A stretch of DNA of 62,921 bases, filler included, from Choristocarpus tenellus KU-1152 (GCA_964200185.2; 10 parts of 10 records of this genome joined end to end with filler, not necessarily neighbours in it); one strand, 5' to 3'. Shown: positions 39,545-53,079, numbered from the whole stretch's first letter. Notes: generated by a model not told the origin, from the letters alone. Translations and numbers: made by a program.

Positions 39545-42500
39545 CCATGTAAGCCATATGCGTTGCACCAGTTACCACCCTTGGTGATGCAGGTGGATTC
39601 ACAGGTAAGACCCTTGCCCATGGCAAGAAGGCTGACTTGTTCTGCAGGAGCGATCTGGTATTTGTGTTCAGGGGATCAAGCAAACACATAGTGGTGGGTA
39701 CATGTAAACAAGAGGTATCCAGGGTTTCATTTCAAGGATACTTACAAGCATGTGCAAAGCTCGGATCTATTTGCAAATGGGTGTAGAATATTTTCTGAAT
39801 TGTTTTTAAAAAATTCCAAACAATAGAGAAATAAACTTAAAACCTGATACATAGCAATACGGGTTAATTGCCAAAGATTCAAAAACAGGGCTAAAATGCA
39901 AAACGGTCAAAACCTGGGTACCTATCGTTTACATTGAATCAGCGCAGAGGCTAAGGTTTGCAAGGAATAGGTATAATGTGGATGGAAGCACAGACTACAT
40001 CTACAGTGTACATATATGCACTGTTGGACAATGAGGTACAGGGGAACAATGTGGATGTGCGAAACGCAAGGAAAAATAGAAGTTGCAAGAACCTCTAGGA
40101 GAGAGGTGTGGGGTCCACAAGCCCATCCCTCTGTGAAGTTGGTTACACTACAGGGTTGAAAATATATTTCGAACTAATTCAAGTTTGAGGAAGTATGTAA
40201 AGAAAGCACTCAGTACCTTTCTTTACAAAAAGAAAATAGTTCCTAAATCTGTTCACTCAGCATTCGGTACAGTTAGGGAGGGGGGCAAACATTATGAGAG
40301 ATAATCAAGCAAAACTGTGGAACTGGGCGATTGCACTCCTCTAAAACTGTTTTTCTTCTCGCACCTGTCCATAGCAGCTCTCTTCATCATCAGGGCTGCA
40401 GACAAATTCAACTGATTCAGTCATTTCAGTTGGGGCAGGCGTCGAAACCGGCGATGGAGTCACGATTTCCTGAGTCGGGGCAGATATGAAAACTGGTGAT
40501 GGTGTCGTGATTTCTTGAGTTGGGGCAGCTATGAAAACCGGTGATGGGGTCACGATTTCCTGAATCGGGGCAGCTACGAAAACTGGTGAAAGGGTCGCGA
40601 TTCCCTGGGTCGGGGCCGCTACGAAAACTGGTGAAGGGGTCACGATTCCTTGAGTCGGAGCTGCTGTGGGAATGACTGATGGGGTCACGACTTCCTGAGT
40701 CGGGGGAGCTTCGAAAACTGGTGATGGGGTCATGGTTTCCTGAGTCGGGGCTGCTGTGAAGATGGCTGATGGGGTACTTTCTGGACTGGGTGAGGCTGTC
40801 TTAGCGTCTTCTGTTGGGCATGTCACACAGGTGTTGCACGAACGAATTCCACGCCCACACATTTCTTCGCAATCAGGAAGGCACATTCGGCACCTGGGCA
40901 TTGAGAAAGGAGATGCATTGATGGGCAAACCCAGGGGTGCATATCCTTAAGCATGTTGTCAACCATCTAGGCTGAGAACACGATGCACTTTGGTAGTTTG
41001 TGAAGTGGCGGACAGATGGATGTGTCGCGTGTACTTTGTACTATCTCAATTAATTCCAATCTATGTATCCACAAGTATAGGTCATGCAACTGGCAGTCTC
41101 ATTGTTGAGGATAGGTTTGTGGGGTATGAATAGAGGTAGAGGTATTCTATAGTAGTGGGAGACAAAGATATTTATGGGTGTGGTTCACTGTTCTGGAATA
41201 AATTCATACTCTGCGATGAATGATCACAAGATTATTCAGAGAAAGTTCGATCTCAGGAAAGTCTTTTATGTTTAATTAATTGAAGCACACATTCCCTACA
41301 ACAATCTCATTCCTGCTACTGTATGTATTTATTTTATTATTATGCCCTCTGACATTTTGCAGATGTCAGGGGGAAACCAATGAAAACTATATACGTAAGT
41401 GTATATTATACCCTCTTAACATTTTGTAGATATTCCCTACCTATTAATAGTAAATACCTTTACTACACACATGGTGTTGGCAGTCGCCTCTAGGATAAGA
41501 CTGGTCTTGATTACTTATCAGGTCGCCTTGCATCACCTTGAAATTGATCGAGACCTGTGATGCTATCATAAAGGTGACTATTAACAATATACTGTGCGAG
41601 GCTTTCGGAGCTTAACCTTCGCACGAAGCTCACTCCAACGCAGACTGTCCACGCAGAACTCGGCACAATGGTTACGGAAGCCCCTCTGTCGAAGGAAATG
41701 CTGGATATCGTGGTGCGGTCTCTACCTCCGGGCTTCAAGTTTCACTGAAATCGAAGGCTGAGGTTGGGCAGAGTCTACGCGCTGGTGATTGCCTTGTGTC
41801 GAGAGGGGGACTCGCGCTTGATTGAGTGGACCAGTCAATCACTGCGGAACAAGAAAGCAAAGAAGGGTTGCGACTACGACGGAGAGCGTGTATTCTTGCC
41901 CAAGGGCTGGCAGGCTGGCTCGTGTCTGATGAGCTTTTAGGGATAACAGTGGAGCTACAATAATAATGAAGAGTTTAGGGTTGCAGACGGACAGATGAGA
42001 CATGGAGGATCACGACTCTTCTTCTCCCATGAAAAAACTCGTCCTGGGAGAGGAGAAACAGCCCTCCAAGTCATATACTGGCAACAGGCGGACGAACGTT
42101 TAAGTAACTTGATTTTAGTGAGGAAAATCGCCCTCTCACCCATCGCACCACAACAAACCTAACCTATCTAATAATGTTAGGAGTGATTCAAGGGTCATAT
42201 CGAGCTTTATTTCGACGAAAACTCTTCTCCGATCAAAAGTTAGACCTGGACAAAATCTGCCCTAGAGGCGACTGCCAACACCATACTGTTGTTGACAACA
42301 CCTCTCCTGAATTTGCTTCCCAATTCATATTTTCCAGTGCTAACAATGAGGGAACATGACAATAGTGATCACATCAGTTTATATGGCAACACCCTCCACG
42401 ATTGTTGTAAAAAGTTGTGGCGCTAATCTTATCAATTTTTCGCCTAGAGAACTCGAAACAGAACAGCAGGCAATGACAGTAGCGTGGGCTGATTCTTGGA

Positions 42501-45500
42501 TAATGGTGGTGGAGGAGGTACACAAAACCTCACCCCTTAAGCCCAAAGATGTCACACCACAGTCCATCTCCCCGGCCTGCCACACCAAAGCAGTCTTCAG
42601 AGCAGAACATGCTGAAGCCCTGCCAAATGTGTGCGGAATTGGGGCACCACAGAAGGAAAAACGGATACTTTGAGAACGGGGCCACACTACATGTTCTGTT
42701 CATACTTTTATGTTCTGGTATGGGAATATGGGCATCCCTGTGTGCAGTGGTTAAGGTATGTTTGAAACTCTTCAACGCCAGATGTCCTTTAACTTAAATC
42801 TGGTCTCGATGATCACGTGGCAAGGACAACATATTTTACACCTGTACAATTTTGTGGATATACCACAAAAAAACGCTGGACCAAGATCGAGGCAGAAACT
42901 TCGAGGAGGGTCCAGCAAAATATTCGAGGGGAGAGACAAAGTGACGAGTAGTGGGAGTGCTGAGCCCAACAAGTGAGAAGCAAGGCATGAACAGAGGGAG
43001 TAGAATAGGCCATAGTGCAGCAGTTTGTCGGTAGCTAGTGCGATAATTTGTGCAGTGCGTGGTGGGTCTGACCATGGGACGGGGATAACCCCAGACCAAT
43101 CCAAAGCAAACAGCATTGTTTTTTATAAGTGATAGTGTTAAGATAAATAATGTTTGTGATCTTCACAACAATTTTATAATAATAGTAGTAGTAATAGTAA
43201 CAAGAATGGCAACAATAGTAATAAACTAGTAATAATAATATGCAATAATCATAATAGCACTAACAACAATATAACAGAAAAAGTAGTCTTGTAGTAACAG
43301 TAGTCGATACTTCGTGTGTATGTATAGGAATTGTGAATGACCCGCGTAATGCTCACTACTCTGCTGTATGTATCCCACTGCAGTAGGAAATTAATACTGC
43401 TGAGAATTAGGCTTTGGTATTTGCGCAGATTGAAATGTTTCATCTGACTTCATTCGGATCACCACTAGTTCAGGAGATGTGACAGAATACTCACTCCCTC
43501 CTCCATGGCCTTTACATTTGAACCACCAGCCATCTCCCAGCACTCCTCAGCATCGTTGAGTCCAGGGGTGCACCGTTCTTTGCCTTCACTAGAACAAACG
43601 TAAATCTGTTTAATCAAAGGGCAGCATCATGTGGGGGAAAGGCTTAAACCCTAAGAAAAATGTCGAAGTATGTTTGTGGCTTGGGACGGGGAGAGGGTAG
43701 GGTTGAAGCGCAGATAGATTAAGTAGAAAGTATTCACTGCATGTCCATGCCAGTGCTCTTGGTTCATCTTCAAATTCCTCGCAATACATAACTACGTACA
43801 TAGCTAGTGGCACTGTGATGGGAGTGACTATCCAGTTGGGGGGCGAAATTTGTTCTCTTGGTTCAAGTGAGTCCTTGTGAGCACTTTCCAGTGTTAGCCC
43901 CTCAAACTACATTGTTTTGTCATCAAGAGCATTGGCATGTCAATTGATTGTGATTACTACGCTGAGAACATGACTTCACAAGTGACTAAACACTGCTTTG
44001 ACAACTGGCCCAGTGTGGATGACCAAAACGTTTCCTCCTTTGTTGTTTACCATGCAAAGTATTTGTATGAATCAACCCGTTAATGTCTTCAGGAACATGA
44101 TTTTGCATTTCATGTGCTGTCAGGTTTTATGTGTCAGTATGTCTCATCACTGCAGACTATATTGACACGTGGAGCACAGGTTAGAGGTTTATGGTGCACT
44201 TCGATGTGAGAAAGTTAGGAAAACCTCGTATTCTTACCATGCCGAAGCTTGCATGAAACAAATCTTTTCGCTCTGTCATGTTCTCAAAGCAGGCATCTCA
44301 CAACACATCAACACAGTGCTTCCAAGTACACAATAGTCCATGCAAGTTCAGACCCTTCACCAAATATGACAGATGCTTGAAAGTACATTATTGAAAAGTT
44401 AGTACCAAAATAGACACATTGATGAACGCCACTGGGAGTGCGACATATTTATGCGCAAACTACTGCAAGCTGTTTCACCATCCAGATTGTCATCCAGCTA
44501 ATGCATAGATATCTGGAGTACAATCTCACTCGCCTCAAAAGTTGTTCTCGACATAGGATGGTTTATGCCATAGCCGTATCCGTATGACATGGAGTACATG
44601 CCGTAGCCATATTCATATGACATGGAGTACATGCTGCCATCAACATCGTCATCCATCATGCTATGCTCACCCATGTTGTATGACATTTCGTATGACAACT
44701 CATATGACATGGACATCTTCATTAGAAGAGTGGCCAGCATAGGGTATTGGGACGTAGTGGTACAGAGAAAGCTCCGGTTAGTGTATCAAGTCCTAATCAG
44801 GAATTGCTTTGAGCATTCGTTTGTTTACAGGAAATAGGGTGCCATCTTTTTGGGTTACCCTGCACAAGTTCTGCGAAGAAGAAAGTTAAGAAGTAATCGT
44901 TGTCGTTTGGGGTATGGTCCTTATCTCTAGTATATTTTATTGTAGTCAGCATGGGATAAGGAATTGACAGGTAGCTCCCTTGCAGCTATGACTTGAAAGT
45001 GTAAATATCTAAGACTCATCTGTTTCTATGTGTATATTATCTGAATATGAGGTCAACAAAATGCTTTGGAGAGGTTCTTTTTGGCATATTTTTCTGATCT
45101 GTCCATGATACCTCGCAGATACAAGCAGGTTGTCGGACTGGCTCCTCGTAATGTTCTTCATCGCAATGAGGGAAGTCCGTCTCAAAGGAGTAGGAGTAGG
45201 ACCCCTTAAACCCATCGTTCAACTCGAACGCAGAGGAGAAGGAGGTGTCATTCGGGAAGGAGTGGGTGTCCTTCATATGTCTGTGCTCAGGTCGCTTCAT
45301 TGGAGAGGGTTCCTTGTATTCCACCCCGGCCTTGACGTACAAAAAGGACTTGCCATGGTTATTCACAGTTTGGACATCTAACCTGGAAGTGATGGAGTCC
45401 ATGCCCTCATCGACCGTGCGGTTCTTCCAGCAACCCAACTTTGTTTGATCCTGCCACAAGAGTCGTTTTTCATGAGCAGAGAAGCGAGGGGATTACACTT

Positions 45501-46092
45501 CTCTGTTTTTTGGCCCCATCTCCAAAAAATATTGTGTGCCTGAATATTCGATGACGGGTATCGGCACAGACGACGGCAAATAGATAGACGTGGCTATAGA
45601 CCTGTACATCAAACACTCGCGTAACATTTCAATTTTACGAACAGATAATAGCTTACCATTGTCTTATGAAGGATGACGATCCCGGCTTTGAACGATTCAA
45701 GTTCCTCTTTCGATTGCATTTGGTTAGGCTTAACCACTACTTCTTCATTCCACGGTGACTCCTTGATCTGTGCCATCTCCTCAAAAGTCTTGTCGTATCC
45801 AGGAGAAGTGAGGGGATAACAAGCTCGTGTGAAGAGAAAATATGATTCGACGAAAATATGCACACAAATTACGCACTAAGCGAACTACAAAACAGTCACT
45901 TTCGATTGCTCTATCTCACAACTGAAGCTTCAATGCTGAAGCTCTCTCACCCTCACGCATCCATCGAGGCTACCGGCACATGAGGTCTTATCGAAGCGGA
46001 TCGTCGACCGGGGCATCATGACCCTAGAACACGATGTCTTCGCATGAACGACCAAAAGGTTATTTCCGGCCAATCCCAAGACAGCTGTTGCT
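39545..46092 (-). CDS. Secreted Cys-rich, mucin-like multi-exon protein with SMSY/SYSY motifs; 3' end uncertain
   Basis: Signal-peptide-like MTEWLAIATAVLGLAG; exons approx 45958-46092, 45657-45800, 45111-45500, 44533-44715, 43495-43588, 42533-42620, 40365-40893, 39545-39654; join GLKG|CRMC in frame; some joins unverified. Confidence 0.65.
39706..39931. mobile_element. MITE family E
   Basis: AAACAAGAGGTATCCAGG / CCTGGGTACCTATCGTTT. Confidence 0.7.
40428..40780 (-). repeat. Coding 45-bp tandem repeat (15 aa, APTQEIVTPSPVFxA), about 7-8 units
   Basis: Visible in ORF 40341..40928. Confidence 0.9.
41471..42284. mobile_element. Non-autonomous TIR element with a perfect 24-bp inverted repeat, intronic
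   Basis: ATGGTGTTGGCAGTCGCCTCTAGG at 41471-41494 and its reverse complement at 42261-42284. Confidence 0.8.
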
Positions 46093-46284
46093 ATCGCTAG
46101 CCATTCAGTCATGTTGATGAAGGCGCTTGATCTGCTGTACCTCCAAAAGGATTGGGAAGGGTTGTCGAGGGTGCCAAGATGAATAATAGGAGGTGTGTGC
46201 TCAATCAGGTCTGGATATCTGTTTCAACTATTTTGTTAATACTAAAGTACTATAAAAAATAGGTAAAATATTTTGTCCTCTTAC

Positions 46285-47030
46285 ATTATTTTATTATTAT
46301 GCACTCTAATATTTTGGAGATATGTCAGGGGAAAACCGATGAAAATCTAATTCAATACGACATATTGAATTCTCTTTCTTCCTTCCATTAATGTTCAAAC
46401 ATTTAGTGTTCGAGGTGGAAACTGATTGGCTCCTCCTGGCTGCGTCATGCAAGTCATTTTACATACATTTTATTTCAGTCATAATAACCGATATTCATTG
46501 TATCTCATGTAATATTGTCATAGTGATGTTGATGTAATTGATAAACAGTTAAGTTTGACTCATTATATAATGATTTTTGAACATTTTGGGAGAAGATCAT
46601 ATACATACATGAAGAAAGACCTTACATCTTAATTCATAATGAAAAATGGTCACACCCATCATCAGAAGGACAATAATAGAAAAATATGTCTGATAAAACA
46701 AAATACACAAAAAAAGAACGTAACCACACAAAAAATACACCAACTCATCTAACTCATTATATCAAATGTTTGTAAAGAGAGGAGATACATCATGATACCA
46801 ACTTTCAACTCTTCTAGTATTTTATCTCTTTTAAAAGATAAGAAATCATACTACTACTGAAAGTAGTGCTAACAATTCCAAAACGATTGAAATAAATGGC
46901 CGATTGTCGGATGGCCTAATTAGATGACTGACGGTAGTATTAAATTTAGGGCTAATAATGACATATGTATAGTTTTCATTGGTTTTCCCCCTGACTCATC
47001 TGCAAAATGTCAGAAGGCATGATAATATAA
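46285..47030. mobile_element. AT-rich element F with ~60-bp imperfect inverted ends; solo end at 41330-41398
   Basis: TTATTATGC..TCAGGGGAAAACC.ATGAAAA present three times, one inverted. Confidence 0.55.
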
Positions 47031-47724
47031 TTGGAGTAAACCTTATCAGACAAAAAAAAGGAAAATTGTTTTGTTCTTATTGGGGCAGTGGATAGGTTCG
47101 GGGTCATTCATACAACTGATACTATCCTTTCCGTTCCCCCGCAATAGTATTGCTTTTTTATGGTCTTCTATTACAATTTTATGTTTTCGTCTACCTTCAT
47201 GTATGTGGGGACAAATATTGAAGCAGCATCGCTACTTCTGGACTTTTTGAAGAGGCCACCATACTTGGGCATCGAAGTAGATGATAATTTGTGCCTGTTG
47301 ATGTTGTTATCGACGTCTAGTATTCACAATCCATTTACAGTTGAGAGATCAGAAAATTATCCCCCAAACTACAAAAAAATACTGCAAACCCCCGCACCCA
47401 CCCCTCCCTAGCGTCTTAAACAGCGTTGTTATTATTACAATCAGCCATCCTTCTCCGTTCAAAATTCCTTTCCTTTGTGTGAGTTACCTCAGATTGTTGT
47501 AGCGGCACGGGTGCATTTGGGATTTTCTTCGCACAAGGGCATAATATTCCAATTTTTGAGGGAATGTTGTTTACTGTTGTTATTATTTGCGGGGTTAGTG
47601 CCTGTTGTTGTAATAATGTTATATTGACACAGCCAACAGTGAGTGGTTTGACATTGTATCGTCTCGTATTCAAAGTACATTTATTTGTAGTTGAGAAATC
47701 AGGACTACCCCCACACTACAGTGA

Positions 47725-47981
47725 GAGTCAAAGTATCTTAGAGGCTAGAGCTGCATCCATTGGGGGCCAAAATCCAATGTTGCATTTTTGGAGTAATTTC
47801 GACTATCTTGTTTGTTGGGAAGTGTCAGTATCCATGTTCCGAACACACCTTTTCATAACATACGGACTTTACCTACTCCGAAACATTTCGGAATAGGAAA
47901 ATATGAAAAAAAACACATGGGAAGCCAAGCCCCTAATGGGCAAACAGGGCAGAACTCGTACCCTCTAAGATACTTTCACTC
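47725..47981 (+). mobile_element. MITE family A, TSD TGA
   Basis: Full-length copy with TIRs. Confidence 0.9.
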
Positions 47982-48776
47982 TGAAACACTGATTACCCAC
48001 CCCCCTCTTACCAATCCTCCCTTGTATCGTAGACGGTGTTGTTACTCTCACTAGGACATACGAAGGAAGTGTTGGTGACTCAACTCTCGAAACGATGTGA
48101 GGTGGCCGTACGTTGATAGTGGTCCTTCTGTTTAATGGTTTTCTTCTCCTTTTAATTTCCTTACATCGCTGTTGTACCTACATCTATCTGTTTTTGGGAT
48201 TTTGGTGGGATATGGGCGTAGTATGCTAATCTAGAAGAGAAAAAGCTTGCTATTATTATTATTGTTAGTAGTGGTAGTGTGTGGTGAGTGACTTATGTTG
48301 TTGAGCAGGCACAGCTAACAGCTGGTGGTTTGACATTGTGCATCCCTTCAACATTACAACTATTCAGTAATACTGCTGCTGCTACTAGTAGTGCCATTAT
48401 TGCCAGTTCTTCCCTGCTTCTTTCTCATTGTTGTTGGTCTTGTTCTCCTTCTTTTCTGCAGCAACAGTAGCAATAACATTGCTGTTACTGATGTTTTTAC
48501 TCAATGCTCAGTATTCCTGTCATTTTCAAAGGTCATCACTACTACTAATACTACACAATAATATTGAAGTGAAGATAATTGACAGTGAATAATTAGGAGT
48601 AATACTACTGAAAAGCACAGCAACAAACGCTAGAAGAGAGGATGGAGGAGAAAATAGGAAGTCCAGGAATGAAATCACGCAATATGCGTCAACATATGTC
48701 AGTGTATTGAACATATTCCATTGGTCCTTACGTCAACAACTTTTCTTGCTAGTAGTGATGAAGTATAGTAGTATGA

Positions 48777-49052
48777 TTAAGGAAATACCACTTTTGTTCC
48801 TTCTCAAAGAACAGACTACCCAAAAACATTTTATTTCCACGAAGTGCCTGTATAGTTTGAATAACAGGAGATAGATGAAAATAGATTGAGAACGGGTAAT
48901 TTTTTTAATGATACACAGTTGTATGGTTAAGGAAATCCTGATTTTGTTCCTTCTCAAATAACACACTAGTCAAATATATTCTATTTCCCCGAAGTGCTTT
49001 GTGTAGGTTTCTATAACAGGAAATGAAAATAGATTGAGAACAAGAATTTTTA
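48777..49052 (+). repeat. Diverged ~150-bp tandem duplication
   Basis: TTAAGGAAAT..TTTTGTTCCTTCTCAAA..AATAGATTGAGAAC occurs twice. Confidence 0.8.
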
Positions 49053-49350
49053 GAAAGACGGATCTCTCTGCATTTGATAGAGGGAGGTTGGTTGAGAGTT
49101 GCAAGTCACAAACCAATACAGTCGGTGTACCTATATAAGAGAGGGTAGGGGGAAGCGAAAACCCCTCTCTTATATCCCGATCCTCTCTTATTTTATATAA
49201 GAGCGATTTCTCTTGAACCGAGGGATTGTGATAAGAGAAAAATAATTTATATCGACCAGAAGTGGTCGAAGGCACTATATGTGCAAATTACCTTGGGAGG
49301 TAATGCTATTTGTTAGTAGTGAAGATAAGAAGGTGTGAAGCCTCACACGA

Positions 49351-49509
49351 GGGCCAAAGTATCTGGGAGAGGGGGGGATCTACACCAGGATGTCCATTTG
49401 GGTCAAAATCAGGAACAGTGGATTTACGTTATCCATCTGACGTATGCAACCAAATCGCCCAAAAATCGCGACATCATGAAAAAATTGACCCCAAATGGAC
49501 AGCCACCCC
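49351..49509 (-). mobile_element. MITE family B at contig end
   Basis: Reverse-orientation family B. Confidence 0.8.
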
Positions 49510-49680
49510 NNNNNNNNNNNNNNNNNNNNNNNNNNNNNNNNNNNNNNNNNNNNTTAATTAATTAANNNNNNNNNNNNNNNNNNNNNNNNNNNNNNNNNNN
49601 NNNNNNNNNTTCTTTTTTTTCTTGTTGATTTTTTTTTTTTGTGGGGGGGGGGGGCGGGGGGGGGGGGGGGGGTGTCACAG

Positions 49681-51208
49681 GTAGTGACGTCGTTCAATGC
49701 AGGTATTGCAAGGACAGTTACATTGGTCGTTTTGGTTGGTGCCATGGCGTACACAACAGCCTTCATGGAGACCCTCACAATATCGTCTTTTCCATACTAC
49801 ACATTTGAGGACAGGGACATGGCCTACGTATTGGGGTCTGCATTCTACGGGATTTATTTTATTGTTAGGTGAGGATGATTTTATGCTGCCACTGTACTTC
49901 ATAGTATTGAATATCGTAATTGCATGCTGATGATAGTACTGTATTTATATTTTGGGGGGGACTTGTTTTTATTGTTTTGTGATGGTAGGGTATATGGTGA
50001 TGTGTGCTGGGGGTAGGTTTCTGTGAGAAGGGGTGGGGTGTGGGGGGGAGGTTGCTCTGGATGTCTGATCTGTTGATTTGATCGTTTGAAGTGGGTCTCA
50101 TCCGAAGGACTCCCTCGAGACGTGTCTAAAACCAGCTTAGTCTGATACATGCAAAGAGTCAAACCAATTGAGAGGTAGGCAGGGTTGTATTTTAAGGACC
50201 CTGAGAAAGGGCAAAAATGCGTTACTTTGTACAATTGCAAAAATACACTTTGCTGAATTGTGGTGTGACATTGTGTTGTGTAAAGGGCTCAAAGTATCTG
50301 GGGGAGAGGTGGCAGCTGTCCATTTGGAGCCCATTTTTCCATGTCGTGATTTTTGGGTGATTCGTTTACATGTGTCGGATGGATAATTTATGTTCACTTC
50401 TCCTGGTCAGGGCCTGAATGGAAACCCTCGTGTAGACCCCCCCACCCCCCCCAGATACTTTGAGCTAAAGGGGGAATGTCAATTTCGTGTACAATATTGT
50501 GCATATACAGATATGAAATGGAGTGTATTGAAAAGGGTAAGAAAGATGGCTTAGAATGCAAGAAGGGTCCGAACCTGCCCACCTCTAGCGTTTTGGTTTG
50601 GCTCCAATTGGTAGTATCATGACACAATGGGTGACATACGTTCAAGCATTGGAGGCAACTCCAGTCAGTAAAGTATTCTTTTAAACCAACGCAAAGTGAA
50701 TTGACTCTTGAATTGTGCGCAAACGTTCTAATGAGAGCAGGTAGTAGAGTTGTGGTGTGGTGTGGTGTGGGTAATTCTGTAAGGTTTGTGCCATTTGCTT
50801 TATCGAGTTGCTACTTATTATTCTTATTTGTTGGTGTTGGGGTCATACTAACCATTTTGTTGAGAAAATTACCTTCCCTCGGAGTGTGAACTGGGGCAAT
50901 ATTCTCAAAAGATTTTGAGCTCGTTAGCCAACTCTTTCACACCCACAAACGTATCGTCTTCCTCTTTTTCTCCTCTTTTTCTTTGTGGCTCCTGTAGCTT
51001 TCCCATGTTCTATGCCTTTGATGAGTGGCCCAAGCAGGAGAATCAAGAGGTGACAGGAAATGGGGCTGGTCTACATGGTTCAGTTGGCGAGGATAGGACA
51101 CTATGGGGCACGGCTGTGAACTCTATGGGAGCCAGCATGCTAATCCTCACGCTGTTGGACCTGGTTAGGCTGGTCCTCGGCATAGAGTTTGTTATCAAGG
51201 CTACATAG
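49681..51208 (+). CDS. CPI1: Cycloeucalenol cycloisomerase / cyclopropylsterol isomerase, last two exons (49681-49868, 50998-51208)
   Basis: AYTTAFMETLTISSFPYYTFEDR..GSAFYGIYFIVS|FPMFYAFDE..AVNSMGASMLILTLLDLVRL matches the CPI1 C-terminus. Confidence 0.9.
50156..50604 (-). mobile_element. MITE family C carrying nested B, in the CPI1 intron
   Basis: TIRs at both ends. Confidence 0.85.
50286..50466 (+). mobile_element. MITE family B nested in family C
   Basis: Full TIRs; family C sequence resumes on both sides. Confidence 0.9.
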
Positions 51209-51349
51209 GAGATCAGTGATACTGTTGGGTTAAAAACGTCAACCTCATTTGGGTTGAACATGTTTAGGCTGGTCCTAGGCATAGACTTTTGTTATCAGTG
51301 CTATAGAGGAGATCAATGATACTGTTGTTTTAAACGTGAACCTCATTTT
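51164..51349 (+). repeat. ~99-bp tandem duplication of the CPI1 stop-codon region
   Basis: TTAGGCTGGTCCT..GGCATAGA..GGAGATCA..AACCTCATTT occurs twice. Confidence 0.85.
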
Positions 51350-51895
51350 GGACTCGGTCTTCCCTGGAGTATTTCTTGTATGTGAGAGTAGTATAGTTTC
51401 TTTTTTTGATATGGTGGTGTCAAGTATGTACTCTATACTATTGTGTAAAAGTAGGTTATGTAAGAAACAATCAGTTGGTGAAAGAGAACAATGTTGTATT
51501 CTGAAGGACGGGAGGTGAGTATGGTTAATGAACTAGAATATGGAAGAGTTCAGGAATATGAAAATTTGTTCCGGGTGATTAGTGATTAGTGATCGACAGA
51601 ATAGGATTGATTTGGTGACAAGGACCCTACCACCCCTTGGGCTTAAAGCCTAAGTCCTTTCTCCTTCCTTACTTCATCTACAACCTGCCCAATTCAGTAA
51701 GGAATTAATCAAGTAATTTATATTATAATTCTTGGGAAACAACAGCTTTCTTTAAGAATTGGGGAGTATTTGGTTGGTTGGCTAGTGCGACCAGGATGTC
51801 CCCTCAGTGATGTGTCACTCCCAAACAACGATTGTTGGGAATTGCCTTGTCTGATGACCAAGACAGCGCTGTACGCTTTTGTGCCAGTTCATACT

Positions 51896-52071
51896 GGCTC
51901 AAAGTATCTGGGGGGGTGGCGGCTGTCCATTTGGGGGCATCTTTTTTATGTCGCGAGTTTTGGGTGCGTTGGTTGCATGTGTCGGATGGATAATGTAAGG
52001 ACACGTTTCCTGGTCATGACAAAAATGGACACCCTGGTCTAGACCCCCCCCCCCACCAGATATTTTGGACC
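51896..52071 (+). mobile_element. MITE family B, TSD ACT, nested in repeat D
   Basis: Paralogous empty site at about 37965-37980. Confidence 0.9.
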
Positions 52072-52819
52072 ACTGACTTTGATTTGCACATTGGTACTGG
52101 TTGTTACTCCCATTTACATCATTGGTACCTCATCACAGCATCATCAAATGCTGTTAGAACATAATGTTGCATAGAAGCATGGGACATTTGCCATGTATCG
52201 AACATACAGCATAGTATGTCTTACGAGTTATCACAGATATTGATTCGTGTTCGTCCCTTGGTTTGTTTTTATCGTCACATTGGAATCTCCAGTTGTATAT
52301 CATAGTGTGTCGCCTTTCCCCTCTGCACATGATCGTGATCTGGGGTTGTGTTACCGATATATCTATTTTTGAGGTTTGAATTTGGTGGTGAAGAGTCCTT
52401 TGCCTCAGTAAAACGTTTCCGTGTTACCACTCTGGAGAAGTGAGTAGCAATGGTTCAACACCTGTACGTTTGGTAGAGGCAGTGCCCACCCCACTTCCAC
52501 ATACTTGTTATATATTAGTATCTCTGAGACGGAAGTCAAGTCAAGTCTGTATTGCCTGAAGTTTGAAGCAAAGTTGTCCAACGTATATTTAACCTGAATT
52601 AAAACTTCCTTCTTGCTCCAGACAATAAAGTACAGGGTCTCTATGCCTTTTTGTATTTTAGATTATGTGTTTCTAGGTCAATGGCCTGACTCATCGCACA
52701 GCATTTAATGCTCTTCACTCATTCCTATCATATGCCCCCGATGCCACAGGATGAATCATTGGTAGAAATTTCAACTTGGGTGCATCCCGACATTACACTT
52801 TTCCTTCGAATCTATCTTT

Positions 52820-53079
52820 GAGCCAAAGAATACCAGAAGGGGGTGGATTTTGTCCGGTTTGTTGATAGGAGATTTGAAAATATGATGCCTGACGCATCAT
52901 TTTCATGACCCAGATTCAGATAATCCCCACCAAATGTCTGTATATAGAAGAGTAGACTGTTATCTGCGGATGAATGTTTTGTTATTGGATTGCAGGATAG
53001 AGGGATGTAAAAGGCAAATCAGGAAAGAGTCACAGAGACTTGAGTAACAACTGCACCTCACTCTTGGATTATTTGGCTC
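52820..53079. mobile_element. Degenerate ~260-bp MITE related to A/B/C
   Basis: GAGCCAAA..TTTGGCTC termini. Confidence 0.45.

Noticed and set aside
1492-52042. Family of similar short ORFs (RILTLPNK.., AAVHLGP..)
   Set aside because: Chance translations of MITE families A, B and C
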